A stretch of 63,744 nucleotides of DNA, counting the filler, from Lenisia limosa (lineage: Eukaryota; Protista; Breviatea), in assembly GCA_001655205.1 (NCBI GenBank). It is 12 parts of 12 records of this genome, joined end to end, with 100 filler letters (N's around TTAATTAATTAA, not from the genome) between each part and the next. Parts side by side here need not be neighbours in the genome. Positions count along the whole stretch, not along the records: positions 26,170 to 29,893 come from LPNZ01006548.1; positions 29,994 to 31,392 come from LPNZ01009910.1; positions 31,493 to 33,134 come from LPNZ01001480.1; positions 33,235 to 36,252 come from LPNZ01001165.1; positions 36,353 to 47,261 come from LPNZ01000411.1; 7 more parts are not named here. One strand, 5' to 3'. Shown here piece by piece: positions 26,070 through 39,052 of this stretch (positions are counted from its first letter, which is position 1; each line of letters begins with the position of its first letter). The notes under the pieces are model-generated. The model was not told the DNA's origin, ran no database searches, and saw nothing but the letters and a program-made list of their open reading frames with translations. A program made the translations under genes and the position numbers.

Positions 26070-26185
26070 NNNNNNNNNNNNNNNNNNNNNNNNNNNNNNN
26101 NNNNNNNNNNNNNTTAATTAATTAANNNNNNNNNNNNNNNNNNNNNNNNNNNNNNNNNNNNNNNNNNNNATGTGTGTGTGGTGGG

Positions 26186-26303
26186 TGTTATTGCTCTTCG
26201 TTTACCAAGGAATGGAGTTATTGCTCTTCTTTTGCCAAGGAATGAAGTGGTTGCTTTCTCTTTTGCCAAGGAATAAAGTGGTTGCTTTCTCTTTGTCAAG
26301 AAA
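26186..26303. repeat. ~30-bp degenerate tandem repeat x4
   Basis: GTTATTGCTCTTCTTTTGCCAAGGAATG(G/A)A-like units. Confidence 0.8.
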
Positions 26304-27149
26304 AAGTATTTCTCGATTATTCACTAATCATAGCAGTGTGCTCAGAGTTGCAAGGCAAATGATTGGGTGATTAAAGAAGTGAAGCACTAACTACTATTAT
26401 ACAAGGATTCAGCATTGTTCCCAAGTTTCCTAATGTTTGTAGTGTGCAAGACAGCTCGGTTCCAATGACTCCAGTCTCTCCCATCAGTTCCAAGGTTGAT
26501 GACTGGGAATGGAATAAGACGTTACATTCTCTCTTTTCGTCCCCCCCCCTCCCTTTCTTCTTTTCTCTACTATAAACGTTTAAGACTGGTAGATACACTT
26601 TCTGCCTTTGACAGTACCGTTCTTCTATTCACTTTTTTAGATTAAACGTACGCCGTCTTCTCTGGGTATTGTGGCGTCAAAACAGCCTTCTTGTAAGGGG
26701 ATTGGATGTTTATGTATTTGTGATTGTAATATGGGTAGTGTAGATTAAAGCATATATTGGTGAGAGGGATTTTTTGATGAGAAAAATCTTGAGGATGAAT
26801 ATTGACGTATCTTGTGGGGATGATTTACTTTTTATTGTGCCTAATTCCTATCTTTTAGACTCGAACAAACTACGTGAATCCACGCCACCTTACGTTCCCC
26901 CCGTCAGTAAGCTGCGGGATAGATGGATGGTAACTTCAGCCTTGCAATATGGGAGAGTTAGATTCATTTAACAATCATTAAGTAACGTAACACATACATC
27001 AATTATGTGTTATGTTTCAGGTTGAAGCTTTCAGATCCAATAGCCCCCACTGTGGTGTGCAATTGCACAGCTATCATCTTGATCATATATCTAGTAGATG
27101 ATGTTTATTTGCATCCCTAGCTTGTGTTTTTTTTTATTTTGCTCCCAAT

Positions 27150-29155
27150 ACCAGTTCCTCACGAAGCAGGTGAATCACGACCCGCGTCCCTGATTCGCCG
27201 AGCCTCCTCGGGTTCCCTCACAGCCTTCGCCGGCCCCGGCCTGGCCAAAACCTGTACCCCCCAGGTTGCATCATCAGCATTCAAAACCATCCAATCCCCA
27301 AACCGGGCCGTGTCGGTATTAGAAAGAATCCCGNNNNNNNNNNNNNNNNNNNNNNNNNNNNNNNNNNNNNNNNNNNNNNNNNNNNNNNNNNNNNNNNNNN
27401 NNNNNNNNNNNNNNNNNNNNNNNNNNNNNNNNNNNNNNNCGCCGCTGCCGTTTCTGCTGTTTCAGGTTCCGACCCACCTTCCACCCCACCTTCCAAACCA
27501 CCTTCCGAGCCATCTTCCGAGCCAGCCCGGCCCGTATCTCAAATGGTGTCCAAAGTGATCTCGATCTATGATCCAAGCGTGGCCGTTATTAGGCCAAAAG
27601 CGAAGAAAGCCGAACCAGGCCCCATGCCTCCGAAGGTAATATGGCTCAGCTAAAAATGGGGCTGTAGTTGAACAATTTAAGGGATATACGTGTCATTTTT
27701 TGGATTATGTTTCCATTGTTGCTTTGCATTTCTCTTTTGACTAGCTTTTTTATTGCCTGATATCAAACGTAGGAGCTGACTCCACAGGTTGACCCCCCAC
27801 GCTCGGCATTTAAGTCCACAAAGAGGTCGTGTTCCGTAGATTTGCCGGATCTTCCCGTGTCTGCCCATTCCGACTTCGATTTCAGCGTGGGTGCTCCCCC
27901 GGGATATTCTTTTTTTAATAATTGGTATTGCATTCGAATCTGTATAAAGTTATTGTTATTGTCTACTGTGTCCACAGTTCCTGTTCAGTCTGATAAAGTT
28001 CAAAAACCATCGATAATCATCGAAGTTTTTTTGAGTACAACATACCCGCATGCCCATTGTATCAGTCGCTTTCACCATGTGACACCCCCCCCCCCATTGC
28101 ATTACGCACNNNNNNNNNNNNNNNNNNNNNNNNNNNNNNNNNNNNNNNNNNNNNNNNNNNNNNNNNGCGTTCGTACCGCCATCCCTTACCGTCCTTACAT
28201 ACATGTCACCCCCCTCATTGTCTCAGTCTCCCGTCCGTACGCCGCGACCCCTTGAATCCGGTTCCAACCCTCCCACCATGCCCCCTTTAAGTGCTGCCAA
28301 TGTTAGGGCGGTGGCGTCTGCGCCTTCTCCCAAGAACGGTGGGGGGTGAGAGAGTGGCGTATGCGTGGCGTGGGAAGACCTGAACATTTCAAAGCTTGAT
28401 CATTATGTGCCTTTTATTTATCCAACTGATGTTTTTGAGTGTTTCAAACTTCATGTCAACAAGTTAATCCTGGCCGTTTTTGTCAATTCCCATTTTTACC
28501 CTCTCGTGCAGTTTCCAAGCCCTTAGACTCGAACTCCATTAGCCCGTCCATTTCAAAAGACGCAGAAGAGAGCAAGATAGCCGTGCCTCTTCCGGCACAC
28601 ATTGTTGAGGGTAGGAATGCTGGATAGATGATACATTTGTCTCATTACTGCCTCCCCCAACTGCATTTGTTAACTTGTAGACGGTTTTTTTTTTTCACTA
28701 GTACGCTGGAGTAAATGTGATGTGGTGCTACAGAAGTGACTGGCCTGGGCTTTGTTTGTTTTGTTCTTATCAATCCTCGTGTGTTGTCAACCGACAGAGT
28801 TTATTTGGGATTTTTTGTTTCATTACTTTTTCAGTGTTACCCCTCCCTCACCTATTCGTTACTGTTATGGATAGCTACGGCTAGATCCTCCTTTTTTATA
28901 TCTTATTATTTTGTAATACACGAAGGTGATTCATCCCAACCATCCGTTCACGTCCTTCCTTTACGCCTACCCGCAGCCAGCGAAACAGAGGATATCACGG
29001 ACATCCCTACTTCCGAGTCGGAGACAGGGGCCAAAGACGCCGCTGCACTGAATGAGAGGACTGGCTCTCTCTTCACGTTCCCCCAGAACCTGCCCCCTCT
29101 TCTCTCTAAGGCTGAAACTGTACAGCAGAAAGCCCTGATAAATGGTAGGGAATAT
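27150..29155 (+). CDS. Ser/Pro-rich low-complexity protein fragments
   Basis: GC-richer exon-like blocks, e.g. SRPASLIRRASSGSLTAF, PTHLPPHLPNHLPSHLPSQ, DLPDLPVSAHSDFDFS, and 28926-~29144 GDSSQPSVHVLPLRLP...QQKALIN, with GT/AG boundaries. Confidence 0.45.
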
Positions 29156-30021
29156 TTGGTATGATAATGGTATGCTGGGGAGGCACGCAGAAAGCTGTGG
29201 CAAGTTAATGATTGGGTGAATTAATATTATATTAATTCAATATTTATTAACGGCGTGATGGTGTGGACGGCTTTTTTATTTCTCTATGATAATGGTTGGG
29301 AAAACTTGACATGCTAAATCGTAAACCTCCTCAGGCCAACCCCTACCTCCAACGAATCATCTGGTCAGAAAAGCGTCCAAACGTGGTAGATACACCATGC
29401 CTGGTACGCCCTTTTGTTCATTCATTTATTTAATTATTCATTTGTGCATTCATTTGTTCATTCATTTAGTCTTTTGTTTTCATCTGTTCATTCTTTTTGT
29501 TCATTCATTCATTCTTCTTTCGTTCCCACCTCCCCATTCTTTTTGCACACTCATTCATTCTCATTCTCATTCTCACCACTTAAACATTCCTTCTTGTTTG
29601 CACCGTAGCTCTTTTGCATTGCATACACATTATCTCCGAATCGCCGTTGACGAAATGTTGAAAAAACTTTTCACGTCCTTCAGAACCTGTTGCTGAAGGA
29701 AGTCCCTGCTCCTTAGCTGAACTCGTACAAGACCCCAAAAAGAAGAAGCCCTCAAAATCAGTGGCTGCTGTGAAAAAAGGTCGGTGATTTTTTATTTTTA
29801 TTTTTTTATGAACTTCTCTTATCATCTTTTGTTTCTTTTTATCATCTTTTGTTTGTCTTTTTATCATCTTTTGTTTGTCTTTTTATCATCTTTNNNNNNN
29901 NNNNNNNNNNNNNNNNNNNNNNNNNNNNNNNNNNNNNTTAATTAATTAANNNNNNNNNNNNNNNNNNNNNNNNNNNNNNNNNNNNNNNNNNNNTCCCCTC
30001 AACCTCATTACTAAACCCTAG

Positions 30022-31073
30022 GCCGAACTCCGCCGCGACATGCTGGGAGCGTCCCTGTATTGGGCTGTTGTCAACTACATAGTGGCCAAGACCAACAAGG
30101 CTCTCGAGGGCCCTGCACAAAGTATTTGGGCATTGAAAGATTGTTGTGGGTTTTAAAAGGAGGTGATAGTTCGAGAAAATTGTTACAGATATCCGCACAC
30201 AAACTTACTTTGACGTCATGTTTTCTTTTTACGAGAACTTACCAAAATTGTGGTCATTGTATTAATAATTTCTTTTAAAACACCACCTTTAATAATCACG
30301 CAAGTTACGCTCGTTTACATTGATTTTTATCCTTCGACCAAGCCAGGCTTTGGAACTATGACTTGCTTTAAAGCAAACCGTATTCATAATGTAATCTGAA
30401 CCGAGCCCCAAATCCATGAATTTTTTTTGGTCAAAAAATAAGTAGAATATTAGCGCCACATTCTGTAGTTTCCGGACTGTAGGGAAGCTCAACCTTCTTA
30501 CCATGTTTTTTTTTTTTTNNNNNNNNNNNNNNNNNNNNNNNNNNNNNNNNNNNNNNNNNNNNNNNNNNNNNNNNNNNNNNNNNNNNNNNNNNNNNNNNNN
30601 NNNNNNNNNNNNNNNNNNNNNNNNNATCAGAGTTGACGTATTTTGACCGTACCATGAGAGGTGTCTTTGCTGATTTGAATTCCCTTCAGAAAAATGGGTC
30701 AGGAATTGCTATTGTCACTGTATCTTGTGTAAAGTGACCGTGATATGTCTTGACATGATTGACTCATGATAAAACCGAATTCCCCCCACCCCTCTTTTTT
30801 TTTTTTTTTNNNNNNNNNNNNNNNNNNNNNNNNNNNNNNNNNNNNNNNNNNNNNNNNNNNNNNNNNNNNNNNNNNNNNNNNNNNNNNNNNNNNNNNNNNN
30901 NNNNNNNNNNNNNNNNNNNNNNNNNNNNNNNNNNNNNNNNNNNNNNNNNNNNNNNNNNNNNNNNNNNNNNNNNNNNNNNNNNNNNNNNNNNNNNNCCAGC
31001 TGTCAGCCGAGCCTCATTCCTCCGGTCGCCGAAATCTCCGACTCTGATGATCATCAGCGTGCCGGGATGGGAG
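30022..31073 (+). CDS. Divergent myosin motor-domain fragment (2 exons)
   Basis: Exons 30022-30121 and 31000-31073 join in phase: AELRRDMLGASLYWAVVNYIVAKTNKAL...TLMIISVPGWE. Compare canonical RDALAKALYSRLFDWLVxRINxxL...IGILDIFGFE. Confidence 0.65.
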
Positions 31074-31799
31074 GTGAGGGGAGGGTGTGGATGGGAGAGG
31101 GGATGGGGCATTTTCTAATATCCAGTTTATTACCTTGGGCATTTCCAGCTTTAATTAAAGGCTTATTATCTTTAGCCCAAATCCGTATTAATATGTATAT
31201 GACTCAAATTGCGTCTCTTTACAAATTGATCGGTCCGGTCTTTTAGGGGGAATGAACAGGTCCGGTCTGGATGTCCAGGCGCACTAATCCTTATATTATC
31301 AAAGCCTCTTATTAGGCATATTTAAAGATTGGTTCGTTTTCTCTCACTTATTATCTAGGACTCAAATTACGCCGGTTATAGCGCCACTTTGTNNNNNNNN
31401 NNNNNNNNNNNNNNNNNNNNNNNNNNNNNNNNNNNNTTAATTAATTAANNNNNNNNNNNNNNNNNNNNNNNNNNNNNNNNNNNNNNNNNNNNTTTATCGG
31501 TGGTACTGATTATCGTGTAAGCTCTTGCGGCAATGAAAACGAACTATCTGGCGTAAGCCATCCAAAGGTAGTGTAAGAGTTCACGCAGTCAGTCATGACT
31601 AAGGCTTCCCTATAGTCCAAAAACGACCAGAAAGTTATCGATATTTATCGAGGATTGATCGAGAAATTCAGTATTTTTGTTACCATTGGGAAGCCCAAGG
31701 CATAATAATTTATATCAAATATGTAGAGATGAGCAATAAAAATAGGGACAATCTGGCCGAAGCTGTCCACGTCATCATTTTGATAAGAGCTTGGATTAT

Positions 31800-33134
31800 T
31801 GAAATAATAATTCCCTCCCGAAAACACCCCGAGGTACCCGATTGTTGACGGGGCTGCTGCTGCTGATCTGGCGGCGGCGGCGGAAACAAAGAACTGGCTT
31901 CAATATCGGACACGTGATGTCGTCCCGGGGTGGTGGTCAGCTCTGTGTGATCAGTCAGTAGTGATGGGATGATGGGATATTGGAACTCTCATATTTTCTC
32001 TTACCCCCTCTCACCATCATTATTGTCACCAAGTACAGTGGCACAAAGCAGGGCAGAAAGCTTCTGTGTGTCCAAAATGTCGTCAGCAATGGGATGCTGG
32101 GGAATAGTTCCAATAGGATGTTGTTCCTGCTTGGCTCCAATCGGAGGTTGGGGAGGAGTGCTGAGCGGTTGTTGTGTCACCCCTATAGGATCCTGGAACG
32201 AATAAGTTGAAATGCATGTCGAGATAGAGACAATGGTGGAGGCGAGTATAGAGATAATAATGGTGGAGGATGGGGATAAGGTGCTATGTAGAGATGAGCA
32301 ATGACAACAGCCGGCTATGAGAGATAAGAAAGGGCAACAGCCGGCTATGAGAGAAGAGAAAGGACAACACCGGCTATGTAGAGATGAGAAAGGACAACAG
32401 CCGGCTATGTAGAGATGAGCAAGGACAACAGCCGGAGAGATGAGTCATCTACTTGAATACATGGAAAATATTTACGTGTTTTTTTTGTTTCAGGAATATA
32501 CTCGGCCCCCTTACCTGGTTTTGAGGTCCCGGGACGGATTGGAACCCCGGAGGTGCAATTGGTCCGTGGTTGAAGGGCGAGCCGGGAAAAGCGGAGAACT
32601 GCGGCTGCGGCATTCCTGGGCCGTCATTGCAGGATTTCTTGACGGTCGAAATAGACTGGAAATATCGAAATTTATGAGGATTTATAGAGAAATTCAGTCT
32701 TTTTTTGGACCCAAGGGAAGTCCTAATGATATGATTATTATCTACAATACCCAAGGATTGGAGTTTGCTTTCGGTTCATGTAAATTAGGTATGCTTGCAA
32801 AAAGTTCTGTCTTGATAAAATGTGTAATTTATTGAGGATTTATCGCAATATAAAATTATATACTACGTATAATATAGCTTATATAGTAGCTATACTGACC
32901 ACGATAAGTCGTGACACGGATATTGAGCTTTATCATCAGTCGCGAATCATTGCCTTGATTAAGAACCAAAGGGGAAGCTCTGGTTCACTCCAGGTGTAAA
33001 CCAAAGCGTTTTGGGTACAAAAGTGAACAGTAATAATAAATAAAAGAATCCCGGGGCCCCCACCCTGAATGGGACTTGGGTCCGACCACGTGACCCTTCC
33101 TTCAGGCTGCGGCACGGGCTGCAATAGTGAGGGT
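31800..33134 (-). CDS. Pro/Gln-rich protein fragments
   Basis: Exon-like blocks QPVPQPEGRVTWSDPSP, GPGMPQPQFSAFPGSPFNHGPIAPPG, DPIGVTQQPLSTPPQPP, FPPPPPDQQQQPRQQ with splice-like boundaries. Confidence 0.5.
32283..32440. repeat. ~30-bp tandem repeat x5
   Basis: GCTATG(T)AGAGATGAG(A/C)AAGGACAACAGCCG units, head to tail, no unique spacers. Confidence 0.9.
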
Positions 33135-33361
33135 NNNNNNNNNNNNNNNNNNNNNNNNNNNNNNNNNNNNNNNNNNNNTTAATTAATTAANNNNNNNNNN
33201 NNNNNNNNNNNNNNNNNNNNNNNNNNNNNNNNNNCTTCATCGAAATTTCCTTCATTTTTTGGGGGATGGGCCTGCAACCCTCGTGTGTTGTCAGCCTTCA
33301 ATTCCCCCACCTTTACTCCAATATTCTTCATCGAAATCCTTTATTATACCCCCCTCCCCAG

Positions 33362-36031
33362 CTCTCTCGCCTCTCAGCAGAGGCGGAGGCCCGTAAAACA
33401 TCAGGACACCGTAAGGCGCCAACCCCACCGCGTACCAATGTTCCTGCCAAGCCAAGTATCTCCGGTGGGTAGAGCGTAGTAGTTCATGCTATAAAATGAG
33501 AAATTATTTTCGCCCATTTGAATTGGAACATTGTAAGAATGCTCAGTTTCATACACTTATATGTATTCCAAATTGTTTTCGTTAATTGCCTTAAAACTGT
33601 AAATGGAGTAATTCTAGTAAAGAGCATCACTCCGAATTTTCTTGATAATTGATCGATAATTCCTTCATTAAAGAAATAAGTTACAAACTACAATGAGTTA
33701 GTTTGAAACAGGGTCTGCCTAATCAGCTCTTGTTCACTTCCATTGAACAATTGCGAAATATTCTCTTAAATGGGGATTCAAATATGTCTTGAGTTACTAT
33801 TTTTTTACTTGACACGCAGAAAGCCATGTGTGCACAGACAACAAATGACTGGTTGTATTATTATGATACTATAATCCAATATCTCTGATGTCCGTGATGG
33901 TATAGACAAGATACAACGTGTTTTATTTCTCATCTTTACTTGTGGATGGCTTCAGCCAGATATATCCTTGTTTTACTTCTCATCTCCATTTGTAGATCCG
34001 AAGCCCAAACCAGCCCTTCGAAAGACTACTGCACCAGCCCCGAAAATCGTGAACCGTCCGATTAGCAACACCAAGTAAGGAGAGTATTTAGGGCTTCAGC
34101 CCGATCCAGAAAGTGACTGAATTTCTCGATGAATCATCGAAATGTGTATTTCGATAGTTTACCCATCTTTTACGAACTTGAGTAAAGCCCTGAGTGTTAG
34201 TCAGGTTCCATTAACTGGACGTTGTGTAGTTAACTTTTACAATTAGGGCTTACGAAAAAAGATCGTACTTAGATAATTTTCAAGGATTTATATTTAGTCA
34301 TACATACATCATATTTTTCGCGTATGTACCTTCAACGACACTGAATATCACAGTTACAATACCTTTGCACAGAAGTCGGGAGAAAGTCGCTCTTTGGCAT
34401 ACTGCATGCAGAGTGTATGTCCTCTGTTGTTTTGCCTAGCTGAACAAGCTCAAACCCGGCTTCCTCATCCACAAGACTAATTGAAGTTTTTCTATAGGCC
34501 ATCGGAGAACAGGCCGTGTTATGTTAAGTGGTGAGGAAATGCCGAGAGCATTTTTTTCATGAGAGGAGTGGACTTGAACTTAACACCGCAAGGTTTCCTA
34601 GAAGACCCCCGTAAAAGGCACCAGTCAAAATGGTGGCGAGACAGAATTTTCAATCAGTCCCCAAATCTGTTGAAGAAAATGATCTCAAAAAAGGGTGTGA
34701 CAATGACCATGGATCGCCAATAGCATTACTTAATCGAACACTACCTGTTGGCGAAGAGGGAGATGATTGCAAGGACGGTCTGTGTTGCCTCATCTTGGGC
34801 TTTAGATGCTTCCTCACAATATAAAAATGCAAGCAGTTTTGTAATCAAATTGCTACATTTAATAATATCATATCGTACACAAAGGATGAGACTTCGTGTG
34901 GCGGGCATTTTCAGTATCTCCATAAATCTCATTCTCCAAATAGTAATGTAAAAATAGNNNNNNNNNNNNNNNNNNNNNNNNNNNNNNNNNNNNNNNNNNN
35001 NNNNNNNNNNNNNNNNNNNNNNNNNNNNNNNNNNNNNNNNNNNNNNNNNNNNNNNNNNNNNNNNNNNNNNNNNNNNNNNNNNNNNNNNNNNNNNNNNNNN
35101 NNNNNNNNNNNNNNNNNNNNNNNNNNNNNNNNNNNNNNNNNNNNNNNNNNNNNNNNNNNNNNNNNNNNNNNNNNNNNNNNNNNNNNNNNNNNNNNNNNNN
35201 NNNNNNNNNNNNNNNNNNNNNNNNNNNNNNNNNNNNNNNNNNNNNNNNNNNNNNNNNNNNNNNGCCGAAGTGAAGCCCTAGGTATAGTGGATAGAGGTTA
35301 GAGGAGTGTGGGGTATTGGAGGTTTTAGATTGTAACTTTGTGTTTTGAGTGTTTATTTTACCACGAATATGTTAATTTGCCTTGTACCAACACCCAACGC
35401 TTTTTTATCATATAGACCCGCCCGATCAAAGATCTTCCCATGAAGCAACAAGGTATGTTTATATTGAATGTGCACCCCAGGGTTTATTTAAACCTTTTAG
35501 CAGTGATTACGTGGATTATCGGAGAAATAAGCTCAGATACCTTGATTGGTGAAGAGTTTTAACTTGCCTTAATATATTATGTACTATATAGTTGTACCAC
35601 GCTTCACTTATTTAAGAAAAGATAGGTAAACTATCTAATTATGTACTGTCAGTGACCGGAATAGTCTTGACCAATTTTGCTCTCTGATTTCCCAAGGAAA
35701 ATCGGTCAAGACTTCCCGGTCTCTGTTTGTGGATGAATCGAGAAATGTAGTGAAGTTTTACCTAGTTATAACACATCTTATTGAAGTGTTACAAGAATAT
35801 TTAAGATTGTACCACTATAATTTCATATCTAATTAAAGCTTGATTTTGTGGAGGGCTTCGGCCTGTCACAATCTTGTTTTTTTATTACCTATGCTATTTG
35901 TATTAGTAACCAGTCTGTAGTGGAGCGCATTGCCCGTAACCCTTGCTGCAAGGGCATTGACTCTCCCCATATCGAGGCAATTCTGAGTGAAGTAGTTGAT
36001 GCACTGCAGCCGGTCGAGTGGGACGATATTA
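33362..36031 (+). CDS. Spastin/fidgetin-like AAA ATPase, N-terminal part
   Basis: Pro/Lys-rich exons, then 35914-36031 SVVERIARNPCCKGIDSPHIEAILSEVVDALQPVEWDDI, matching the pre-AAA IxxEI...VxWDDIAG segment. The AAA core is lost at linker 36253. Confidence 0.8.
35655..35723. repeat. ~70-bp hairpin element (related copy at ~63041-63095)
   Basis: Arms GACCGGAATAGTCTTGACC / GGTCAAGACTTCCCGGTC. Confidence 0.75.
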
Positions 36032-36949
36032 GTAGGGGGGAGGGGGGAGGGGTAAGTAAACTTCACTTCGGTTCGAAAAAAGACTGAATTTATCAATAAA
36101 TCCTCGAAAACTGTCGATATTTTACTGGTCTTGTTCGAATCGAAGTGAAGCCCTTGGGGTAAAGAATAACAATGTTGCCATCCCTCTTGTGTTTCGCAAA
36201 TGTGAATGAGGTTTGGGGTTTATTTTTTGTTGTAAAAAATGTCCAATCCCCCNNNNNNNNNNNNNNNNNNNNNNNNNNNNNNNNNNNNNNNNNNNNTTAA
36301 TTAATTAANNNNNNNNNNNNNNNNNNNNNNNNNNNNNNNNNNNNNNNNNNNNCAACAGGCACATACGTGTGGTGATGGAGGCAGAATGGAAGAAGTGAAA
36401 GAAGCCTCAAAAGCTAACTTGTGAACACATCTGTAGTCTATCGACGAGGAACTGCCAAAGAAGGGCTAAGATCCACCGAGAGGTTCAAGTGATGTTCTCA
36501 GAAAGGGGCTTCCCCTTAGCTTCTTTATTATTCTAAAAACGTTGTATAGACCCCCCATGTCTATTTGAGGTGCCCCGATCATTTTCGACGCCCGCCCGGC
36601 ACCAGGTTTTTTTGGCAAGGTTTGTTTTTTGTTTTTTTAGTAGAGCAGCAGTTCAATTGAGTTCAAGTTCACAATTTCAAAAGTTCAGTCAGAGTTCAAT
36701 TCAAAAAAGAGCTGAAACCAACTTGAAACAGGCCGGAAAGAGGCTGATGGGCTAGGAGGATAAAGTATTTATATATCTATACATGTGGTTGAGTTGAATC
36801 CAGGTTGAGAGGTTGAGAGTCAGGTAGTTTGTTGCAGGTTTGTTGAGGGTTGAGTCAGAAGAGTCAAGGTTTCTGTTTGGTATCTACCTCCTCTGCAGTT
36901 CTTCTTGATCACCTTGAAAACTATGGTTAGTTGCTTCTTTTTTCTTGTT

Positions 36950-37410
36950 GTCGTTTTTCAATACTCTATGTTTCAGAAATAATTATGCTGAGTACAACTT
37001 TCAGAAATCCCTACATACCATTTCACTCGGTTTGTACCATACTTTAGTGGTTTCCATCGTTCTCTTTCCTCTCCTCGTTCCCTTATATATCCTAAAAAGA
37101 TTCTTGAGTTCGCTGAGCGTTTTAAAAAATGCGGTTTTGCAAATGTTGAAAGTAGAAAGTTGCCTTTCAAGAATTTTGTGCTTCAACTGATGGAAATATA
37201 ACTAATTATGAAAAGCAGGTTGGTAAGCCAGATTTTCACCTTGGAGTTTTGGTCAAGGCACATACAGAGGTAGTGTAGTGTGTTCAAAGATACATTCAAT
37301 CAGCTCCTACCTTTTGCCATGACCTTGTGAGGCCGTCTTCGGGGGGCTTGATAAGAAGGGATTGACTGTACTGGGAGACTTTCTTTGTGTAGTCTTTGAA
37401 ACAATAAACT
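36950..37410 (-). pseudogene. Degenerate LTR-retrotransposon integrase fragment
   Basis: KPPEDGLTRSWQKVGAD*MYL*THYTTSVC then (frameshift) LDQNSK resembles RPWQxVGxDLFxxxxxHYLxxVDxxSK. Contains stops. Confidence 0.5.
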
Positions 37411-39052
37411 TTTTGCCCACATATCTACATCTACATATAGTATAATACATACAATGCACTTACTTCCTATTTTTTTTTTAATAGCACTAATATTTGATAA
37501 TTTAATCTCCCTAAGCTATTACTATACTAATAAATAGTTAATGACAGTACTTTGAAAAAATGTTTTATTAATGGGGCTTGCAAATTTAAGAATAGCTGTT
37601 TGATTGATACACATATCGACACATGATATCTTGTTTGATGACATATTTTAATGATAGTATATCATATGTAGTGTATTATATAATTAGTAGTTTTTTTATA
37701 CAAGAGAATATTGTTGAGGAATTTTCTGAGTATCTGAAGGTGATATTTTTTCCCCCACTCCCTCAACTTATTACACAACAACCATCTTACAATTTCTTTC
37801 TTATTGATCACGAACTCCCCTCTTAAGGGCTTCCTTTTCGACTTAATTAGAGAAGAGCGTTTTAACGCAAGTTGAAGAAAATCAGTTTTCGAAGAAAACT
37901 TCTCGAGGTTGGTTAGTTTTCTCTTCCTTTTAACGCAAATTTGTTGCTTACATTGACAAAGGTGACTCTAAGCGTCGGATTCCAACAACTTTTCGCATTC
38001 CTTGGCTACGCTCTCAAAAGTTGTAGGGTTTCCTTCTTTTTGGTCGTATCTTTTGGTTAAGATATGATTTAGATGTGGAATTTTAACTTTTTAGGATCTT
38101 CCGGTAAGATCTCTCTCCATGGCTGAACGATCTCCTTCAACCTGAGATGGATGGTGATTGGTAAATGTAAAATGATTTGTTTTTGAGTTGCTGTCTCTGT
38201 CTACGAAATACATTTCTGAACTCAAATTTTGTCATATTTGGGAAACTCAAAGGATATGCTTATTTAGAGAAGAGTGAAAAATGCAACATTCATATTTATA
38301 TGACAAATCCCATTGTTTTTATGGAAAATCTCATATTTACATACTATGTATATATGCCGAGGGGATATGGCATTCCGGGATTTCCGCGGTTGTTTTAAGG
38401 AGGTTCCGAACCATAAAACAACCGCAGAAATCTCAAATACCGTATCTCCGAGGGTCTGCATCGAGGGGACATGAGATCATATACCCTCAGGAAAATGAAT
38501 ACGTTTTGGGGTCATTTTTTTTTCGCGAAAAATCATATTTTGTCGCTCTGATCGAACTTTAGAAGCATAAAATATCATTTACGGGACAAAGGGGATAAAG
38601 GGGGTAAGAAGGGTGGGGGATATGGAGTGACCTTGGAAAATAAAATGATGGGTGGTTAGATACTTCTATGTACCAACAAGTTACGTATTTCTCGATATTT
38701 TCGTGAAAACAAGAGAGTTTGAAGGAGTGAATTAGCAAAAAACATTGCCCACTCCCAGTCAAGAGGATCTAGATAACTTCCAGCATTTCATGTAAGCAGT
38801 TTTATCAAATTTAATACAATGTAACATGAGAATACTAGCCGTTTAAAAGTGCTAACACCTAGTAGAGACTATAACTATCACTATAGTGATGAAGTGTTTT
38901 ACCCACCTCATTTGTTTTTAATTATCTTATTATGGCATATCAGTCGTACAGTAGTCTGTAATTTCTCATTGACAATAACCTCGGATATCTTTGGTTGGGA
39001 GTAGGCAGGACAATTTTGGGACCTAACCATCCCATCATTTTACCCTCCAAGG

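Noticed and set aside
26186-26303. 30-bp repeats as CRISPR or a coding repeat
   Set aside because: Simple degenerate minisatellite with no spacers and no credible ORF.
32283-32440. ~30-bp repeats as a CRISPR array
   Set aside because: Units are head to tail with no unique spacers, there are no cas genes, and the context is a eukaryotic intron.
34380-34930. GC-richer block inside the AAA-ATPase intron, possibly a transposase relic
   Set aside because: All frames are interrupted and no catalytic motif could be identified.
36588-36604. TGGTGCC... primer-binding-site-like sequence on minus strand
   Set aside because: It lies downstream of the integrase remnant, the wrong side for a PBS, and no paired LTRs were found.
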